Origin: an uncultured archaeon
Lineage (GTDB): Archaea; Asgardarchaeota; Lokiarchaeia; Sigyniarchaeales; SOKP01
Assembly: GCA_964583985.1 (NCBI GenBank)
Contig: CAZOYD010000061.1
Coordinates: forward strand, 11,631 to 21,701
Reading direction: 5' to 3'
DNA length: 10,071 nt
Part shown: piece by piece, positions 7,394 to 10,071 of the stretch
How the letters are laid out: each line of letters begins with the position of its first letter
How positions within the stretch are numbered: position 1 is the stretch's first letter
Position numbers and translations under genes: made by a program
Notes under the pieces: generated by a model
Databases searched by the model: none
What the model saw: only the letters and a program-made list of their open reading frames with translations
Told to the model about the DNA's origin: nothing

Positions 7394-8836
7394 TTATTTA
7401 GAAGTTTCAGAGATGCTGTCTAAATTCTCGTCCAAAGTCTTACATAAATATTTATGGACTATAAGGATTGCATCTTTTATGTTTTCATTATGAATCACGA
7501 GTGATAGGTTTAATTCTTCAGTGCTTTGAGACATTGCTATGACGGGGATTTTTTTCTCATCAAGAGCATTAAAAATCATTGCTTTTGTCTTGTTTTCTAA
7601 TATCTTCGCACCAGTAATGTTCAAGATTGCAACCATTTCGTGAGTAATTTTAAAAAATTCAGAAAAATATCCCGCTTTTTCCAATGCGTCTAAAGCTTTT
7701 TTGGAATCTTCTTTTTTCACAATAAAGGCTGTGCTAACTTCTGAGGCACTTTGTGCGACAAATGATACGCTTATATTATTTTTGCTCATTACTTTAAAGA
7801 TTTTTGCAAGAACTCCAGGGACATCTACTAAGCTTCCAGAAGACACGGTTATTATTGAGGAATTTTCTTCGCAAGAAATTCCCTTAATCTGTTCTCTATC
7901 AGATAGTTCCGAAATTCTCGTGTAGTTGAATTCTTCAAGTGGATTCTGAAAATTTCGTATCTCAAGAGGTAAATTCTTCTTTTCGATTGCTTCCAAGCAT
8001 TTTGGGTGAATAATTTTCGCACCAAAATTGGCGATGTGCATTGCCTCATTATAATCCAAGTTTCGAATAAGGGAGGATTTTGGATCATATTTTGGATTGA
8101 TTGTCAATAATCCATCTACATCTTTCCATAAAATAATTTTTATATCTTTATCTAATCCCACTTCATGAATGGAATGAGCTAGAATTGTTGCCGTGTAATC
8201 AGAACCCCCTCTTCCTAAAGTCGTAGTATATCCAATTTTATTCCTTCCGATGAACCCATTAATACAAATAATCGTATTTTTCAAGGGATTTTCGAGAACT
8301 GGAAGGATTAGATTTTGAATTCGTATATTAGTCAAACTATAGAGCGGATAAGCATTACTAAATTCGTCATTGGTGATGATGATCTTGTTTGCCGGAACGT
8401 ACACAGAATCAAACCCATGGCTTAATAAAAATTGATGTAATATATAAGTAGATAAAATCTCTCCAAAACTCAATACATAATCTTGGTAGTAAGGTTCTAA
8501 ACCAAATTCTCGAATATCCGCAAATATATCTTCCAATTCACTCAAACACTTATCAATATATTCCCTTGCATTATTATAATGATCCGAATCCTCTTCGAAA
8601 ATTTGCTCTATGATATCAAAGTGTTTCTTTTCTATTATAGCCATGTTATTATCAAGAATCTTACTATTCGAAGCATTTTGAGCAGTTGCTAATAATAAAT
8701 CCGTTATTCCATTAAGAGCCGAAGCGACATATACCTTCTTTGAATTAGCATAAAGCTCAGAAATCTTTAAAATCTTGTGAAACGCGTTTTGATCAACAAG
8801 ACAACTGCCACCAAATTTCATTATTACAATGGTCAT
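7394..8836 (-). CDS. lysC: Aspartate kinase with two C-terminal ACT domains
   Basis: N-terminal MKFGGS, then VASALNGITDLL, DYVLSFGEILS, TTTLGRGGSDYTA, WKDVDG and FGAKIIHP. ACT-like segments PGVLAKIFKVMSKNNISV and AMIFNALDEKKIPVIAMSQ. No fused homoserine dehydrogenase. Confidence 0.93.
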   Translation of the reverse strand: MTIVIMKFGGSCLVDQNAFHKILKISELYANSKKVYVASALNGITDLLLATAQNASNSKILDNNMAIIEKKHFDIIEQIFEEDSDHYNNAREYIDKCLSELEDIFADIREFGLEPYYQDYVLSFGEILSTYILHQFLLSHGFDSVYVPANKIIITNDEFSNAYPLYSLTNIRIQNLILPVLENPLKNTIICINGFIGRNKIGYTTTLGRGGSDYTATILAHSIHEVGLDKDIKIILWKDVDGLLTINPKYDPKSSLIRNLDYNEAMHIANFGAKIIHPKCLEAIEKKNLPLEIRNFQNPLEEFNYTRISELSDREQIKGISCEENSSIITVSSGSLVDVPGVLAKIFKVMSKNNISVSFVAQSASEVSTAFIVKKEDSKKALDALEKAGYFSEFFKITHEMVAILNITGAKILENKTKAMIFNALDEKKIPVIAMSQSTEELNLSLVIHNENIKDAILIVHKYLCKTLDENLDSISETSK

Positions 8837-8951
8837 TGGTTTTATTTTCCCACTTTTATTTTTAAAATAATGTGTTTATTAATTAATAGAATAAACCATT
8901 TTCTCTTTTTTAATAAAGAAATAATGGGTGATATTTTATCAAGTATCTTAT

Positions 8952-9000
8952 TCTTTTTAGATAAAAAGAGATAAAATGAAAATGTAAAAGATGAAATAAA
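8952..9000 (-). terminator. T-rich tract plus inverted repeat downstream of the Pro-rich gene
   Basis: The minus strand reads as multiple oligo-T runs immediately after the stop at 9002. TCTTTTTA-GA-TAAAAAGA is a perfect inverted repeat at 8952-8969. Confidence 0.3.
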
Positions 9001-9001
9001 A

Positions 9002-10071
9002 TTATTTCAAAATATCGGTTAATTCCTTGATTTGAGCATCGAGTTTTTGCTTAATGAGATCTAATTTCCCTTTCTTTTCTTCTAACTCATCAGCAGTGAT
9101 TTCTCCTGTTAATTCTTTCATATCGAAATCTAACGATATTTTTGATATGCTTGATTTCTTGATTTTTAAATCTAGTATCGCTTTTTCAATATTTGCTTTT
9201 TGTTGTGGTGTCATTTGCGAGTCCTTTAAAGGAATATCGCTTGATTCCGTCACGTCAGCAGCTATTTCTTTTTCAACAAGTTCTATTTTTGGAGGAGTTT
9301 TGATTTTTGATGTAGAAGTATTTAATTGAGTAGGATCAATTGGAGTTGGAACAGCATCCTTTTCAACTTGCAAATTAGGAGTAACTTGGACGGATGGAGG
9401 TTTAGTAGGAGTTTGAATGGAGGACGGGGGTTTTACGTTTGATTCAACTAGCTTGACAGGTGACACGATTTTCGGAGGTAAATTATTCAAGGGATTTGAG
9501 ACCTGAGCAAATGGAGAGGTTTTTAATTTATTTCTTGCATCTTTTGGTACCATAGAAATAGTCTTGGGTCTTTGTTTAATCATAAAGTCTTCTGGATTCA
9601 AATCTAAACCACTCTCACTGAGATCTATATTTGGTTGGATAATTGATTCTTGTTCATTCGCTAATTTTTCAGGTGCTTTTTCTGGCATACTAGGCGGAAC
9701 GGTTATTTTTGAAGGTGAAGGGGGGAGAATCGGCTTTTTAAGTTGCTCTGGTTGTTCTTCTTTAATAATTGGTTGCGGTTTCATTTGAGGTGTTTCTGAA
9801 GTGTTTACAACATTCGAATGTGGAGGAGAATTAGATGGAGGAGGGCTCAATGTAGCTTTCGGAGGAATATCTTTAATCGCGTCCTCTTCTTCAATAGCTC
9901 GTTCAACGTGTGTAAATAATGGTGAAGGGGTTGTTTTTGGGGTTTTTTCCATTGATGATGTCTTTTTTGTTGGCAAAGGTAATGGTGGGGGCTTTCTTTC
10001 TATAGATTTTGGAAGTGTTGTTGGTATTGGTTTTTCTTCTATAGGTGTTGTTGGTATTGGTTTTTCTTCTA
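9002..10071 (-). CDS. Hypothetical Pro/Ser/Thr/Lys-rich disordered protein with C-terminal coiled coil / SHOCT-like motif; N-terminus beyond the window (>=355 aa)
   Basis: The ORF-track start at 9976 (TTG) is probably internal, since the frame stays open to the window edge (...EEKPIPTTPIEEKPIPTTLPKSIERKPPPLPLPTKK...). C-terminus: IEKAILDLKIKKSSISKISLDFDMKELTGEITADELEEKKGKLDLIKQKLDAQIKELTDILK*. Confidence 0.85.
   Translation of the reverse strand, partial: EEKPIPTTPIEEKPIPTTLPKSIERKPPPLPLPTKKTSSMEKTPKTTPSPLFTHVERAIEEEDAIKDIPPKATLSPPPSNSPPHSNVVNTSETPQMKPQPIIKEEQPEQLKKPILPPSPSKITVPPSMPEKAPEKLANEQESIIQPNIDLSESGLDLNPEDFMIKQRPKTISMVPKDARNKLKTSPFAQVSNPLNNLPPKIVSPVKLVESNVKPPSSIQTPTKPPSVQVTPNLQVEKDAVPTPIDPTQLNTSTSKIKTPPKIELVEKEIAADVTESSDIPLKDSQMTPQQKANIEKAILDLKIKKSSISKISLDFDMKELTGEITADELEEKKGKLDLIKQKLDAQIKELTDILK
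10015..10071. repeat. Perfect 30-bp tandem repeat (at least 1.9 copies) encoding PIEEKPIPTT on the minus strand
   Basis: GTGTTGTTGGTATTGGTTTTTCTTCTATAG at 10015-10044 is repeated without mismatch or spacer from 10045 to the window end. Confidence 0.9.

Noticed and set aside
7008-8088. ORFs 7008-7220(-), 7701-7925(+) and 7852-8088(-)
   Set aside because: They lie entirely within the GTPase or aspartate kinase genes, in antisense or alternative frames, with no independent coding signal.
8100-8830. Aspartate kinase motif variants (KFGGSCL, GEILS, WKDVDG) as signs of inactivation or altered function
   Set aside because: Core catalytic motifs (KFGG, SA, GE, LGRGGSD, DVDG, GAKxxHP) are intact, and such variants fall within normal family variation.
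8777-8974. 65-aa plus-strand ORF across the lysC start and upstream region
   Set aside because: Composition (F/I/N/K-rich) simply reflects AT-rich intergenic DNA, and it overlaps lysC antisense.
9054-9788. Plus-strand ORFs 9054-9329 and 9564-9788
   Set aside because: Antisense mirror frames of the Pro/Lys/Glu-rich gene.
10015-10071. 30-bp repeat as a CRISPR repeat
   Set aside because: Copies are directly adjacent with no spacer, the length is a multiple of 3 within an open coding frame, and no cas genes are present.

Overview
AT-rich archaeal-type window whose gene content suggests an Asgard archaeon, most likely Lokiarchaeia/Promethearchaeia (inference). It holds five genes. (1) A giant minus-strand ORF missing from the ORF track: ATG at 4332, open to the left edge, at least 1444 aa. 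It consists of 13 tandem MIT/TPR-like helical heads joined by long charged helices with a near-fixed 116-aa period. (2) A divergent 2Fe-2S/ASKHA ATPase of the RACo/DUF4445 corrinoid reductive activator family. (3) A Rab-like small GTPase with no prenylation tail. (4) A convergent aspartate kinase with two ACT domains. (5) The 3' part of a Pro-rich disordered protein with a C-terminal SHOCT-like coiled coil and a perfect 30-bp coding tandem repeat at the right edge. The best candidate for an undescribed system is the giant periodic protein: its strict register, including an invariant mid-linker Phe exactly 40 aa before each head, suggests a self-assembling rod, filament or scaffold.
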